Positions 28,813 through 40,249 of a DNA stretch of 54,731 bases are shown piece after piece; within the stretch, counting starts at the first letter, position 1; every line of letters begins with the position of its first letter. The DNA is from an uncultured Pseudomonadota bacterium (GTDB taxonomy: Bacteria > Pseudomonadota > Gammaproteobacteria > Burkholderiales > Methylophilaceae). Location of the stretch: contig CAIYLB010000076.1 of NCBI GenBank assembly GCA_903926935.1, forward strand, positions 1 through 54,731. Reading direction: 5' to 3'. The position numbers were made by a program, and so were the translations under genes. Below the pieces are notes generated by a model, which made no database searches, was not told where the DNA came from, and saw only the letters and a program-made list of their open reading frames with translations.

Positions 28813-30072
28813 ATGCACTTATCCGACCTTAAACACCTACCCGTCACCGAGTTAGTTGAAATGGCAATTACAGATGAAATCGAAAATGCTAGCCGCATGC
28901 GCAAGCAAGATTTGATTTTTGCCATCCTGAAACATAAAGCCAAAAAAGGTGAAAGTATTTTTGGTGACGGAACGCTTGAGGTCTTACAAGACGGATTCGG
29001 CTTTTTACGCTCACCTGACACATCATATTTGGCTGGGCCAGATGACATTTACGTGTCTCCATCGCAAATTCGCCGCTTCAATCTGCACACTGGCGATACG
29101 ATTCAAGGTGAAATTCGCATTCCTAAAGATGGTGAGCGTTATTTCGCTTTAGTTAAAGTAGATGTAGTCAATGGCGAAGCGCCAGAAAACACCAAACATA
29201 AAATATTGTTTGAGAATTTAACACCACTATTCCCTACTATTCCGCTTACATTAGAACGTGATATCAAAGGCGTAGAAAATATCACTAGCCGCGTCATTGA
29301 TATGATCGCGCCTATTGGTCGTGGACAACGTGGATTACTAGTTGCCAGCCCTAAAAGCGGTAAAACAGTCATGATGCAAAATATTGCGCACGCGATTACA
29401 GCTAATCATCCTGATGTGATTTTAATTGTATTATTGATTGATGAGCGCCCTGAAGAAGTGACTGAAATGACGCGTTCAGTGAAGGGTGAAGTTGTTGCTT
29501 CTACCTTTGATGAACCAGCAACGCGTCACGTACAAGTGGCCGAAATGGTGCTTGAAAAAGCCAAACGCCTAGTTGAGCATAAAAAAGATGTGGTGATTTT
29601 GCTGGATTCTATTACCAGATTAGCCCGCGCCTACAACACTGTAATCCCATCATCAGGCAAAGTATTAACCGGTGGTGTTGATGCTAATGCATTGCAACGT
29701 CCAAAAAGATTCTTTGGTGCGGCACGTAATATTGAAGAAGGCGGCTCACTTACTATTATTGCGACCGCACTAGTCGACACCGGCTCTCGCATGGATGATG
29801 TGATCTATGAAGAGTTTAAAGGTACGGGCAATATGGAAATCCATCTTGATCGTAAAATGGCTGAAAAACGCCAATACCCAGCGATTAATGTGAACAAATC
29901 TGGCACACGTCGTGAAGAGTTATTGATCGAAAAAGATGTGTTACAGAAAATATGGGTGCTACGTAAATTGCTTTATCCTATGGATGATATCGAGGCGATG
30001 GAGTTCTTATTAGACAAAATCAAAGCCACTAAAAACAATGCTGACTTTTTTGACAGCATGCGTAGAGGCTAA
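28813..30072 (+). CDS. rho: Transcription termination factor Rho
   Basis: DGFGFLR, PKSGKT and EEFKGTGN; 419 aa. Confidence 0.99.
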   Translation: MHLSDLKHLPVTELVEMAITDEIENASRMRKQDLIFAILKHKAKKGESIFGDGTLEVLQDGFGFLRSPDTSYLAGPDDIYVSPSQIRRFNLHTGDTIQGEIRIPKDGERYFALVKVDVVNGEAPENTKHKILFENLTPLFPTIPLTLERDIKGVENITSRVIDMIAPIGRGQRGLLVASPKSGKTVMMQNIAHAITANHPDVILIVLLIDERPEEVTEMTRSVKGEVVASTFDEPATRHVQVAEMVLEKAKRLVEHKKDVVILLDSITRLARAYNTVIPSSGKVLTGGVDANALQRPKRFFGAARNIEEGGSLTIIATALVDTGSRMDDVIYEEFKGTGNMEIHLDRKMAEKRQYPAINVNKSGTRREELLIEKDVLQKIWVLRKLLYPMDDIEAMEFLLDKIKATKNNADFFDSMRRG

Positions 30073-30110
30073 AACCAAACCTTTTAACTGAATGGCATCA
30101 TTTATTCAAC

Positions 30111-30139
30111 TTGCATAGCAGGGCGAATGACAATATAAT
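30111..30139 (+). promoter_or_regulatory. sigma70 promoter for rpmE
   Basis: TTGCAT-17 bp-TATAAT. Confidence 0.7.
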
Positions 30140-30223
30140 GTCGGGTTATTACAAAAGGTCACATATTTAAGTGTGACTATTAACTAGTGCCGTATCTTTC
30201 GGCAAAATATTGAGGCTAAAATT

Positions 30224-30466
30224 ATGAAAGACGGAATTCATCCAGAATATCGCGACGTTATTTTTCAAGACGTTGGTGCAGACTTTACATTTATGACACG
30301 TTCTACTATCGCAGCGCGTGACACCATCAAATGGACTGACGGTAAAGAATATCCATTGGTTAAAATCGAAGTATCTTCAAAATCACACCCGTTTTACACA
30401 GGTAAACAAATGATTTTAGATACGGCTGGTCGTGTGGATAAATTCCGTAAAAAATACGGTATGTAA
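30224..30466 (+). CDS. rpmE2: 50S ribosomal protein L31 type B (no Zn-binding cysteines)
   Basis: [16 protein letters not shown] and GRVDKF; no Cys. Confidence 0.93.
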   Translation: MKDGIHPEYRDVIFQDVGADFTFMTRSTIAARDTIKWTDGKEYPLVKIEVSSKSHPFYTGKQMILDTAGRVDKFRKKYGM

Positions 30467-30496
30467 TAGATATTTGCAATCTACATTGCAAACACC

Positions 30497-30524
30497 AAGG
30501 CAGCTTAGGCTGCCTTTTTTATTT
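30497..30524 (+). terminator. Intrinsic terminator
   Basis: AAGGCAGC-TTAG-GCTGCCTT followed by a T-run. Confidence 0.9.
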
Positions 30525-30648
30525 TCAAGGTAATCGTAAAGTACGGCATATTCCCGAAGCTTAGGTAATTCTAAGCAACTGTGTTTACGCTTGCCATGTA
30601 ATCTACCAGCCTTAGAAAGAGCTACTTCCCAATTATTATAATCAGATA

Positions 30649-31443
30649 TTAATTACACCAAGATTTTGGGTCGACCTTTCCTTCAGCCATAAAGGCAGGC
30701 TTACAAAAAAGATATCCTTGAAAAAGATTTATTCCAAAGCCAGCTAAAATATCTCTTTCAGCTGCCGTTTCTACACCTTCTGCAAGTACCCTTATATTTA
30801 GTTCTTCACACATACGTGTCACGGCTTTGACAATCACTTGGCGCGACTTACTGGTATCAATATCCCGAATCAGATCCATATCGATCTTGATAATGTCAGG
30901 TTGAAAATTAGCCAATAGGTTTAATCCAGCGTAACCAGCACCGAAATCATCAAGAGCAGTTTTAAATCCTAATTTCTTGTACTCAGTCACAATATTTATC
31001 AGATGTTTTGCATCCTTAATTATCTCTTGCTCAGTAAATTCAAAAATAATGTTGTTTGCTGGAAAGTTGTATGTTTTTGCAGCGGCTAAGGTCGTGCTTA
31101 TACATAGCTCAGGCCTATATACTGCATTAGGCATAAAGTTAATTGATAACATTCCTTTAAGCTTCAATTCAGCAGCTGTTTTAACTGCCTTGACTCGGCA
31201 TGCTTGATCAAAACGGTATGAATTATCGTTATTAACTTTACTTAGAATAGTCTGGGCACCTTCTCCATTTGGCCCTCTAATTAAAGCCTCATGGGCGAAT
31301 ATAGTCTTAGTATTAATGTCAACTATGGGCTGAAAAGCATATTCAAAATCGAAATCTAATTCAATACTGTTTTTACAACCTACGCACGGGAGTGATAAAG
31401 TTTTAGGTATGTTACGGCTGCTAGGAGCTTTAATAAGACTCAT
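30649..31443 (-). CDS. Stand-alone EAL-domain c-di-GMP phosphodiesterase
   Basis: FQPI, EALIR, DDFGAG, KID, EGVE and QGY motifs all intact. Confidence 0.9.
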   Translation of the reverse strand: MSLIKAPSSRNIPKTLSLPCVGCKNSIELDFDFEYAFQPIVDINTKTIFAHEALIRGPNGEGAQTILSKVNNDNSYRFDQACRVKAVKTAAELKLKGMLSINFMPNAVYRPELCISTTLAAAKTYNFPANNIIFEFTEQEIIKDAKHLINIVTEYKKLGFKTALDDFGAGYAGLNLLANFQPDIIKIDMDLIRDIDTSKSRQVIVKAVTRMCEELNIRVLAEGVETAAERDILAGFGINLFQGYLFCKPAFMAEGKVDPKSWCN

Positions 31444-31596
31444 TGAAAGACCTTTATGACTACACTATAAAAATTCACTTACCTCTATATCCATGAATAT
31501 ATTTCCATTCCGATAGGAGTAGCTTCATGAATGCTTATTGAAAACATTCAAATGAAATAAACTTCTGCTTAAGGGAGCTAGCACCAATCTAACAAA

Positions 31597-31832
31597 TTAA
31601 AATTCTTCCCAATCTCTAGAACCTAACTTGATGGCTCCTTCTACTTGCTTTATCTGTGCAGACTTAGTTGATACCAACCGTACATATGGATTTGTAGTTT
31701 TACTTGAGGCGCCACTATTAGTAGCCCTGTTTTCGCGTCGATTTAGATAAGCATCACCTTCTAACTGAAACACACTCACCGCATTCATCAATTCATCAGC
31801 ATGATTCATCATAGTATAGACTCAGCAGCAAC
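31597..31832 (-). pseudogene. 3' remnant of a methyl-accepting chemotaxis protein
   Basis: VAAES, a frame break, then MMNHADELMNAVSVFQL and a terminal DWEEF (NWETF-like tether). Confidence 0.75.
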
Positions 31833-32274
31833 ACCTATCAAGGATATTTGTTTGGCAAGCCCGTAGCTATTTAGCAGTTTGAATTATCCTCAATTAAATA
31901 AGGCGGGATTACTTTAAGCATCATTGACGAAAATTAATCATCGTTAGCATTTTAGGATTAATTTTTCCCGCTTAGCTTTAGCAACTTAAATTTAGTAGCT
32001 TGAGTTGAAGAAGCACAGACATCAGAATAAAATCGACGTGAAACTTTTTATGCCTTTCTATTAAGCGCTATTAACTTGGCACATGATTAACAATCTGCCT
32101 TGAAAATATTAGCATCCACATAAGATTAAGACATAAACTGTTCATTTAGGAGAAAAAAGTAAGGCGATTTCTATGTATCAGGCCTCGGTGTGTTAAGTCT
32201 AGAAATTTCAGATAAATGCCACAATCGGTTAAAATCAGCCTTTAGAAAAATAAATAAAAAAGTCTCTACAGAAT

Positions 32275-33930
32275 ATGCGCTTTCAACTTGATCATGACTG
32301 GCAAGGCAACATGTCGACCCCACGCGCACGCGTCGGTGACAGTGCTAAAACTCGTCTTTTACTTGCCTTATGCGTCATTTGGATTTTATTGGGCTTAATC
32401 GTCCATGCGCCATGGAAGCCGCTTGAATCAACCGGTATTAGTATCGTTAAGTCTATACTAGATGGAGGTAGCTTAATTGCGCCACTCGCGAATGGTGAAA
32501 CCACTTTAGAGGCGCCCCCTTTATACTATTTAACAGCTGCCGCCAGCGCCAAAATTTTCTCACCTGTGTTAAATATACATGATGGCGCTAGACTAGGTAA
32601 CGCCATTTGGCTATCACTCATCCTATTAATGGTGGGCATGACGGGCAGAGAGCTATGGGGCCGCGGTATTGGGCGCCATTCAACGTTCATTATGATAGGC
32701 ACAATCGGCTTAGTGCTGAGTGCCCACAGCTTAATCAATGACGTTGCCAGCCTTGCTTGTATCGCTGCAGGCTTTTACGCTTTAGCTCTTTGTAAACGCA
32801 GACCGTGGCGAGCAAGCGCCCTTTTAGGCATTGCTATGGCGTTTGGCTTTTTATCTGACGGCCTAATGCCGCCAGCCATATTAATAAGCACAGCAATAAT
32901 CTTGCTCATATCTTTTAGTGCTTGGCGCACACGAAGCTTTATTACCGTCGTTAGCTTCGCTTTTCTAATCGCGTTACCACTCATTTCTACATGGTTGTTA
33001 TTGATGCATTATCAGTCACCGGCATTGCTCGGAAGTTGGTGGCAAACCTCCTTAGCTAGCTACCATCAACAGAATTATTTTTATTTTTTACGCACTTTAA
33101 TTTGGTATGCATGGCCTGCCCTACCGCTGGCGTTGCTAGGCTTATGGCGCTTTCGCAGCCAGTTACTCATTAAGCCAAAATTTCAACTGATCATTAGCTT
33201 TTTTGTCTGCTGCATATTCTTCCTAGGTATTGGTGCCAGCGCAAAAGATATTAATGCACTACCCCTACTGGTGCCTTTAGTGGCGCTTGCGGCAGGCAGC
33301 GTTGAACATCTTAAACGAGGCTTAGCCGCTGCTTTAAATTGGTTTGGTGTCATGCTATTCGGTTTAATTGGTGTTTTAATTTGGCTAGGTTGGTTTGCCA
33401 TGATGACAGGCTATCCAGCTAGAATTAAAACTAGAATGCAGTTTTTATCTGGCACAAATGACATTCACTTTAGCTGGGTTGCGCTGATTATTGCACTGGC
33501 GATTACTGTCATTTGGCTGTCCGTATGTATACGCGCAAAGCAAACCAATAAATCTACAGTGACTAATTGGGCTGTAGGTATGACTTTCGGCTGGGGATTA
33601 CTGATGACTCTTTGGCTACCATTACTAGATTCTGCTAAAAGCTATCAGCCTGTTTTTACAAGTCTAAAGAATGCATCGCCTAAGAATTACATGTGCATGA
33701 GTAGTTTAAATGTTGCTCAACCGCAACGTTTACTTCTCAACTATTACACCAATATCGAATTAAAGCCATTTGAAAAATCACAGCAACTCAACTGTGATTT
33801 GTATTTGCTGCAGGATGTAAAAGGAATTGGCATAATGAATCCAGGCCAAGAATGGCAACTGCTCTGGACGGGCAGAAGGACTGCTGATAGGAAAGAAAGC
33901 TTTAGATTATTTAAACATATTAAGCAGTAA
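32275..33930 (+). CDS. ArnT/PMT-like (GT-C) membrane glycosyltransferase
   Basis: Multi-TM protein with PWKP.E, PPLYY and WYAWPALP. Confidence 0.8.
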   Translation: MRFQLDHDWQGNMSTPRARVGDSAKTRLLLALCVIWILLGLIVHAPWKPLESTGISIVKSILDGGSLIAPLANGETTLEAPPLYYLTAAASAKIFSPVLNIHDGARLGNAIWLSLILLMVGMTGRELWGRGIGRHSTFIMIGTIGLVLSAHSLINDVASLACIAAGFYALALCKRRPWRASALLGIAMAFGFLSDGLMPPAILISTAIILLISFSAWRTRSFITVVSFAFLIALPLISTWLLLMHYQSPALLGSWWQTSLASYHQQNYFYFLRTLIWYAWPALPLALLGLWRFRSQLLIKPKFQLIISFFVCCIFFLGIGASAKDINALPLLVPLVALAAGSVEHLKRGLAAALNWFGVMLFGLIGVLIWLGWFAMMTGYPARIKTRMQFLSGTNDIHFSWVALIIALAITVIWLSVCIRAKQTNKSTVTNWAVGMTFGWGLLMTLWLPLLDSAKSYQPVFTSLKNASPKNYMCMSSLNVAQPQRLLLNYYTNIELKPFEKSQQLNCDLYLLQDVKGIGIMNPGQEWQLLWTGRRTADRKESFRLFKHIKQ

Positions 33931-33938
33931 GTGGATGT

Positions 33939-34169
33939 TCACTTTTTTTGATTGCTACTAATGTGCTGCTTAATTGCATCACGCACAATCGGCTCTAAGC
34001 CTTCACCATTTTTTTCAATGACATAGATAAGAATTTGGTCGCGCATACTACTTGCCCAAAAACGCTCTAGATGTTGTGCGATATCTTTTTTTGCTTGCTC
34101 TTGGTCTGGGAAAGATTTAAAAAAATCACCAATTTGATTGGCCATACTAACTAAATTTTCAATTTTCAT
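33939..34169 (-). CDS. fdsD: Formate dehydrogenase delta subunit
   Basis: LVSMANQIGDFF and HLERFW...MR. Confidence 0.92.
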   Translation of the reverse strand: MKIENLVSMANQIGDFFKSFPDQEQAKKDIAQHLERFWASSMRDQILIYVIEKNGEGLEPIVRDAIKQHISSNQKK

Positions 34170-34257
34170 ACTTGAGTAACTCTTCTAATGTTTATTATTT
34201 TAAGATTTTAGATCTTAGGCTTTAATCCTAATTCTCGTACTAATTGCACTAATTATA

Positions 34258-35127
34258 CTAGGCTATATTTTCTGGATGAGAATACACCACATAACCATTC
34301 TCGCGGGCAAAGCCTATCAAGGTTAAATGGCATTGCTCCGCCACTCTAATCGCTAAGCCGGTAGGAGCGGAAATCGCTACCAACATATTAATACCAGCAC
34401 TAGCAGTTTTTTGTACCATTTCGTAGCTAGCGCGACTGGTTGTCATTACAAATCCATCCTGGGCAAACTTAGCCTCTAATCTCGAAATTTTTGCCATCGC
34501 GCCTATCAGTTTATCTAAAGCATTATGGCGACCGACATCTTCGCGAATTAACTCAACCTCTCCACGACCATTAACCCATGCACTTGCATGAGTAGCACCT
34601 GTCATTGCTTGCAATTTTTGCTGCTGGCGAATATTAGCAAAAGCTAGATTAATCACTGACCCAGCAATTTTCTGTTTTTTTTGGCCCAGTTTAGTCACTG
34701 GGATGCGCAAAGCCTGCTCTAAACTTTCACTCCCACACAGGCCGCAACCTGTGCGCCCTGTCATACTGCGGCGTTTTTCTTTTAGGCGTTGAAAACAATG
34801 GCTAGCAACATCTAAATGCAATTCTATGCCTTGCGCTTGCTGCACGATTTCCATGCCGTACAAATCACTAGGTGAGTCTAATATACCCTCGCTTAAGGAA
34901 AAGCCTAGCGCAAAATCCTCAAGGTCTTGCGGCGTGGCTAACATCACCGCATGCGATACACCATTGTAAACTAGGGCAATTGGTACCTCTTCTGCCACAA
35001 CGTCGATTTTAGCTTCTGCAAACCCAGCTTGATGTTTAGTCACCGCATACTCAGCAGTGGCGGCATCGTTAAAAGTCAAAGTAGAATTACATAATTCTAC
35101 TTTGACTTTATCCTCGACGGGGCGCAT
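34258..35127 (-). CDS. fdhD: Formate dehydrogenase sulfurtransferase FdhD/FdsC
   Basis: CGLCG, EDVGRHNALDK and SRASYEM. Confidence 0.95.
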   Translation of the reverse strand: MRPVEDKVKVELCNSTLTFNDAATAEYAVTKHQAGFAEAKIDVVAEEVPIALVYNGVSHAVMLATPQDLEDFALGFSLSEGILDSPSDLYGMEIVQQAQGIELHLDVASHCFQRLKEKRRSMTGRTGCGLCGSESLEQALRIPVTKLGQKKQKIAGSVINLAFANIRQQQKLQAMTGATHASAWVNGRGEVELIREDVGRHNALDKLIGAMAKISRLEAKFAQDGFVMTTSRASYEMVQKTASAGINMLVAISAPTGLAIRVAEQCHLTLIGFARENGYVVYSHPENIA

Positions 35128-35163
35128 TTAAATTACTGAAAAATTCACGATATTTCTAAAACC

Positions 35164-38067
35164 TTAGACTTCTGAAGCTTCAGGATTTTTACCAACGAAA
35201 CCAATTTGCTCTTCACTAAACGTTTGGTAATGTCGTTGCCATTCAGAAAGTTGTGAAACACGACTCACTTGTACCGCAGTTACTTTAAACTCAGGACAAT
35301 TGGTCGCCCAGTCTGAATTATCGGTAGTAATGACGTTTGCACCAGATTCTGGATGGTGGAAAGTAGTATAAATAACACCAGGCTGAACGCGTTCGCTGAT
35401 TTTGGCGTGTAATACCGTTTCGCCGGCGCGACTGGCAATACCGACCCAATCGCCTTCTTTGATACCGCGTTCTTCTGCATCATGTGGGTGAATCTCAACC
35501 AAATCTTCTTTATGCCATTCTACGTTTTTAGTGCGACGCGTTTGTGCGCCTACGTTGTATTGCGACAGAATACGGCCAGTGGTTAAAATCAATGGATATT
35601 TAGGCGTTACTTTCTCCGTGGTTGGTACATATTCGGTGACAAAGAATTTACCTTTACCTCGCACAAACTCATCAATATGCATGGTCGGCGTGCCTAATGG
35701 CTGCTCGTCATTACACGGCCATTGTATGCTACCTAGCTCGTCTAATTTCTTGAAGCTTACGCCTTTAAAAGTCGGCGTTAGGCTAGCCACTTCATCCATA
35801 ATATCTGAGGCATGTTGGTAATGCATAGGATAACCAAGGGCATTGGCCAAGGCCGCCGTTACTTCCCAATCTTCCATGCCATTTTTAGGCGTCATCACAC
35901 GGCGCACTGGAGAAATACGACGTTCTGCATTGGTAAACGTACCACTTTTTTCTAAGAATGATGCGCCAGGAAAAAACACATGGGCAAACATGGCCGTCTC
36001 GTTCAAGAACAGGTCCTGCACAATGACGCATTCCATAGATTCCAGCGCATGCGTCACATGCTGGGTATTTGGATCTGATTGTACGATGTCTTCGCCCACA
36101 CAATAAAGTGCTTTAAAACTACCATCGATTGCATTATCCAACATATTCGGAATACGCAAACCTGGATCATTGCTAAGCGGTCTGCCCCACGCCGCTTCAA
36201 ACAATTCACGGGTCGCTTCGTCTGAAACGTGGCGATAACCCGGATATTCATGCGGCATAGAACCCATATCACAAGAACCTTGCACGTTGTTTTGACCGCG
36301 CAATGGATTGACGCCCACGCCTTCACGACCAATATTACCGGTAGCCATCGCAAGATTAGCAATACCCATCACCATGGTGGAACCTTGGCTATGCTCGGTT
36401 ACGCCCAAACCATAATAAATTGCAGCATTACCGCCAGTAGCAAATAATCTTGCGGCAGCACGAAGTTCTTCCGCAGGAACACCCATCGCCAAACCTAGCA
36501 CTTCCGGTGAGTTTTGTTTAAGCGCAACAAAATCACGCCAAGCAACAAATGAATCCCACTCGCAACGCTCTTTGACAAACGCTTCATTGACTAATCCTTC
36601 AGTCACAATCACGTGGCCTAAGGCTGAAATCAACGCCACATTAGTACCTGGTCTTAATTTAAGATGGTAATCGGCTTTCACGTGTGGTGATGACACCAAG
36701 TCAATCGCACGTGGATCGGCAATAATGAGTTTTGCACCTTCACGTAAACGGCGTTTCATTTGTGATGCAAATACTGGATGGCCGTCGGTTGGATTTGCGC
36801 CAATCACAAAAATTACATCTGACTTCATCACAGAATCAAATGTTTGCGTACCAGCAGATTCACCGATGGTTTGTTTCAGACCGTAACCTGTTGGTGAATG
36901 GCAAACGCGAGCGCAAGTATCTACGTTGTTTACGCCAAATACCGCGCGGACTAATTTCTGCACCACGTAGACTTCTTCATTAGTACAACGAGACGACGTA
37001 ATGCCACCTACGGCATCTTTGCCGTATTTAGTTTGAATGCGCTGAATTTCGCTGGCAGCATAATTAATCGCCTCATCCCAGCTAACTTGTTGCCATTCGT
37101 CATGAATACTTTTACGTATCATAGGCGTAGTGATACGGTCTTTATGGGTAGCATAACCCCAAGCAAATCGGCCTTTAACGCAGGAGTGACCATGGTTTGC
37201 GCCGCCGTTCTTATTCGGCACCATGCGAATCACTTCTTCGCCTTTCATTTCTGCATTAAACGAGCAACCAACCCCACAATAAGCACAAGTAGTTGTAACG
37301 CTATGCTCTGGAACGCCGTGTTCTATGACCGTCTTTTCAATCAATGTCGCAGTAGGACAAGCCTGCACACAAGCGCCACAAGACACACATTCTGAATCTA
37401 AAAAGTTGCTAATGCCAGCTGAGACTTTTGAGTCAAAACCACGGCCTGAAATCGTCAAGGCAAACGTGCCTTGCGTTTCTTCACAAGCACGCACACAGCG
37501 TGAGCAAACAATACATTTACTTGGATCAAAACTAAAATAAGGATTCGATTCATCTTTCTCAGCTTTAAGATGATTTTCGCCTTCATAACCATAGCGCACT
37601 TCACGCAGACCAACCGCACCTGCCATGTCTTGCAATTCACAATCACCATTAGTCGCGCAGGTTAAACAATCTAAAGGATGGTCTGAAATATACAGTTCCA
37701 TCGTACCGCGACGTATATCGGCTAATTTTGGCGTTTGCGTACGGACGATTAAACCTTCAGCAACAGGCGTAGTACAAGAAGCAGGAAAACCGCGGCGACC
37801 TTCAATTTCAACCACACATAGCCTGCAAGAACCAAACGGCTCCAAACTATCGGTAGCGCAAAGCTTTGGCACATTGATACCAGCCAAAATAGAAGCGCGC
37901 ATGATAGACGTACCTTCTGGCACAGTAATTTCTCTATCATCAATAGTCAGCGTAATCTGTACGTCTGATTGGATTGCCGGCGTACCGTAATCTTTCTGAT
38001 CATCATAACTGGTGCGACTATGCTCATGATCATGCTGCGGCGTATTGCTGTATTTAATGTCGTCCAT
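35164..38067 (-). CDS. fdsA: NAD-dependent formate dehydrogenase alpha subunit (Cys-ligated molybdopterin)
   Basis: Fe-S motifs, CAYCGVGC, CARVCH and PLRGQNNVQG. Confidence 0.95.
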   Translation of the reverse strand: MDDIKYSNTPQHDHEHSRTSYDDQKDYGTPAIQSDVQITLTIDDREITVPEGTSIMRASILAGINVPKLCATDSLEPFGSCRLCVVEIEGRRGFPASCTTPVAEGLIVRTQTPKLADIRRGTMELYISDHPLDCLTCATNGDCELQDMAGAVGLREVRYGYEGENHLKAEKDESNPYFSFDPSKCIVCSRCVRACEETQGTFALTISGRGFDSKVSAGISNFLDSECVSCGACVQACPTATLIEKTVIEHGVPEHSVTTTCAYCGVGCSFNAEMKGEEVIRMVPNKNGGANHGHSCVKGRFAWGYATHKDRITTPMIRKSIHDEWQQVSWDEAINYAASEIQRIQTKYGKDAVGGITSSRCTNEEVYVVQKLVRAVFGVNNVDTCARVCHSPTGYGLKQTIGESAGTQTFDSVMKSDVIFVIGANPTDGHPVFASQMKRRLREGAKLIIADPRAIDLVSSPHVKADYHLKLRPGTNVALISALGHVIVTEGLVNEAFVKERCEWDSFVAWRDFVALKQNSPEVLGLAMGVPAEELRAAARLFATGGNAAIYYGLGVTEHSQGSTMVMGIANLAMATGNIGREGVGVNPLRGQNNVQGSCDMGSMPHEYPGYRHVSDEATRELFEAAWGRPLSNDPGLRIPNMLDNAIDGSFKALYCVGEDIVQSDPNTQHVTHALESMECVIVQDLFLNETAMFAHVFFPGASFLEKSGTFTNAERRISPVRRVMTPKNGMEDWEVTAALANALGYPMHYQHASDIMDEVASLTPTFKGVSFKKLDELGSIQWPCNDEQPLGTPTMHIDEFVRGKGKFFVTEYVPTTEKVTPKYPLILTTGRILSQYNVGAQTRRTKNVEWHKEDLVEIHPHDAEERGIKEGDWVGIASRAGETVLHAKISERVQPGVIYTTFHHPESGANVITTDNSDWATNCPEFKVTAVQVSRVSQLSEWQRHYQTFSEEQIGFVGKNPEASEV

Positions 38068-38141
38068 TTTAGTTCTCCTGCTCTCGATCTAAGCTGAATT
38101 AAGGTCGTAGCTTTTTGCGTTCTGTAAATTTAAATATTTAT

Positions 38142-39698
38142 TTAGGACTTTGAAATACCAAAGTCTTCAGGAAAATGATTCATCGCACTCAACACAGGGT
38201 AAGGCGTCATGCCGCCCAATGCGCACAAGGAACCATTTAGCATAGTGTCGCTTAAATCACGTACCAATTTGATATTTTTAACGGTATCTTTACCCGCGAT
38301 TATTTTATCAATCACCTCAACGCCACGCGTAGAACCGATGCGGCATGGCGTACATTTTCCGCAAGATTCAATCGCACAGAATTCAAAAGCATAGCGTGCC
38401 ATTTTGGCCATATCGACCGTATCATCAAAAGCGACAATTCCACCATGACCCAATACCGCCCAAATCTTAGTAAACTCTTCGTAATCTAATGGCGTGTCAA
38501 ATTGGCTTTCTGGCAAAAATGCGCCTAAAGGTCCACCGACTTGCACCGCACGGATTGGTTTGCCTGTCGCTGAACCGCCGCCATACTCATAAAGTAACTC
38601 ACGCAAAGTAATGCCAAACGCCAGCTCTACCAAGCCGCCGTGTTTGAGATTACCCGCCAACTGAATTGGCAAAGTACCGCGTGAGCGACCCATGCCGTAA
38701 TCCGCGTAATACTGCGCGCCTTTATCTAAAATAATCGGCACAGTGGCCAGTGAAATTACGTTATTCACCACGGTCGGTTTGCCAAACAAACCTTCTATTG
38801 CTGGCAATGGCGGTTTAAAACGCACCACACCACGTTTGCCTTCCAAGCTTTCAAGCAAGGAAGTTTCTTCACCGCACACATAGGCACCGGCCGCGCGACG
38901 CACTTCTAAATGAAAGGCTTTGCCGCTAGCTAAAACATTGTTGCCTAAATAACCGGCTTCTGTTGCTGAAGCAATAGCCGCATTTAGTGCCACTAACGCA
39001 TGCGGATATTCTGAACGTAAATAAATATAACCTTGCGTAGCGCCAACGGCAATACCCGCAATTGTCATGCCTTCAATCAGCACAAATGGATCATTCTCCA
39101 TAATCATGCGATCTGAAAATGTACCCGAGTCGCCTTCGTCGGCATTACAAACAATGTATTTTTGTGTAGCTTCGCAACCTAATACTGTTTTCCACTTAAT
39201 ACCAGTCGGGAATGCTGCACCACCACGGCCACGCAAACCAGAATCTGTGACGGTTTTTACAATATCGGCAGCGGATAATTGCAGTGCATTTTTCAGGCCT
39301 TTATAACCATCATGCGCAAGGTAATCTGTTAATGAAATAGGGTCTGTAATACCGACGCGGGCAAACGTTAAACGTTGCTGTTTTTTCAGCCAAGCGATTT
39401 CTTCAGTTAAACCTAGACTTAATGAATGAGGCTTTACGTTTGCATAATTAGCGTTTAAAAAATCCGCATCAAATAATGAGGCGACATCTTTTACTTTAAC
39501 CGGGCCATAAGCTACGCGACCTTTTTCAGTAGCGACTTCCACCATGGTTTCCAGCCAATAAAGACCACGCGAACCATTACGAATAATTTGAATGCCTAAG
39601 CCACGTTTTTTTGCTTCTAAGGCAATGGCCGCCGCGACCTTTTCAGCACCCATCGACAGTGCGCTTGAATCACGAGGAATATATACTTTAATGGTCAT
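38142..39698 (-). CDS. fdsB: Formate dehydrogenase beta subunit (NuoF-like)
   Basis: GRGGAAFPTG, NADEGD, YVCGEET and CGKCTPCR. Confidence 0.95.
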   Translation of the reverse strand: MTIKVYIPRDSSALSMGAEKVAAAIALEAKKRGLGIQIIRNGSRGLYWLETMVEVATEKGRVAYGPVKVKDVASLFDADFLNANYANVKPHSLSLGLTEEIAWLKKQQRLTFARVGITDPISLTDYLAHDGYKGLKNALQLSAADIVKTVTDSGLRGRGGAAFPTGIKWKTVLGCEATQKYIVCNADEGDSGTFSDRMIMENDPFVLIEGMTIAGIAVGATQGYIYLRSEYPHALVALNAAIASATEAGYLGNNVLASGKAFHLEVRRAAGAYVCGEETSLLESLEGKRGVVRFKPPLPAIEGLFGKPTVVNNVISLATVPIILDKGAQYYADYGMGRSRGTLPIQLAGNLKHGGLVELAFGITLRELLYEYGGGSATGKPIRAVQVGGPLGAFLPESQFDTPLDYEEFTKIWAVLGHGGIVAFDDTVDMAKMARYAFEFCAIESCGKCTPCRIGSTRGVEVIDKIIAGKDTVKNIKLVRDLSDTMLNGSLCALGGMTPYPVLSAMNHFPEDFGISKS

Positions 39699-39700
39699 GA

Positions 39701-40162
39701 TTACGCCTTCGCCTCGGCAATTAAACTATCTAAATCTGCGGCAGACACTCGGCCATAAACTTCATCATCTAACATTACTGCAGGTGAAAGCGCACAATTA
39801 CCTAGGCAATACACAGGCAATAAAGTAATCGCATCATCGGCTGTTGTTTGGTGATAATCAACATTTAAACATTTTTTGGCATGCGCCTCTAAAGCTTCAG
39901 AACCCATAGACTGGCAAGATTCAGCACGGCAGATTTGCAATATATGGCTACCTGGCTTGTGCGTGCGGAAATGGTGGTAAAAAGACACCACACCATGCAC
40001 CTCGGCCACAGATAAACTCAAGGCTTTAGCAATATGTGTGTAAGATGATTCTGGTATATAACCAATGTTATCTTGAATAGCATGCAGCAATGGCAATAAT
40101 GCACCAGGCATGTTTTGATGCTGTCCAATCAAGACATCTATTTTTGTTTGTAATGCTTGCAA
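39701..40162 (-). CDS. fdsG: Formate dehydrogenase gamma subunit (NuoE-like)
   Basis: CRAESC and CLGNC; TTG start after GGAGGA. Confidence 0.93.
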   Translation of the reverse strand: MQALQTKIDVLIGQHQNMPGALLPLLHAIQDNIGYIPESSYTHIAKALSLSVAEVHGVVSFYHHFRTHKPGSHILQICRAESCQSMGSEALEAHAKKCLNVDYHQTTADDAITLLPVYCLGNCALSPAVMLDDEVYGRVSAADLDSLIAEAKA

Positions 40163-40249
40163 ACTAATTCCTCCAAAACTACTAACATTATATTGCTATA
40201 CATATTAGTATATTACACTGCTTAAACGGGTTAGCAAATACGATAAATC

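Noticed and set aside
32077-32091. sigma54 promoter TGGCAC-ATGAT-TAAC
   Set aside because: It lacks the essential -12 GC.
40185-40208. ModE box in the fdsG-moaA spacer
   Set aside because: TTATAT...TACATA spacing is shorter than consensus and the region is AT-rich, so the match is unconvincing.
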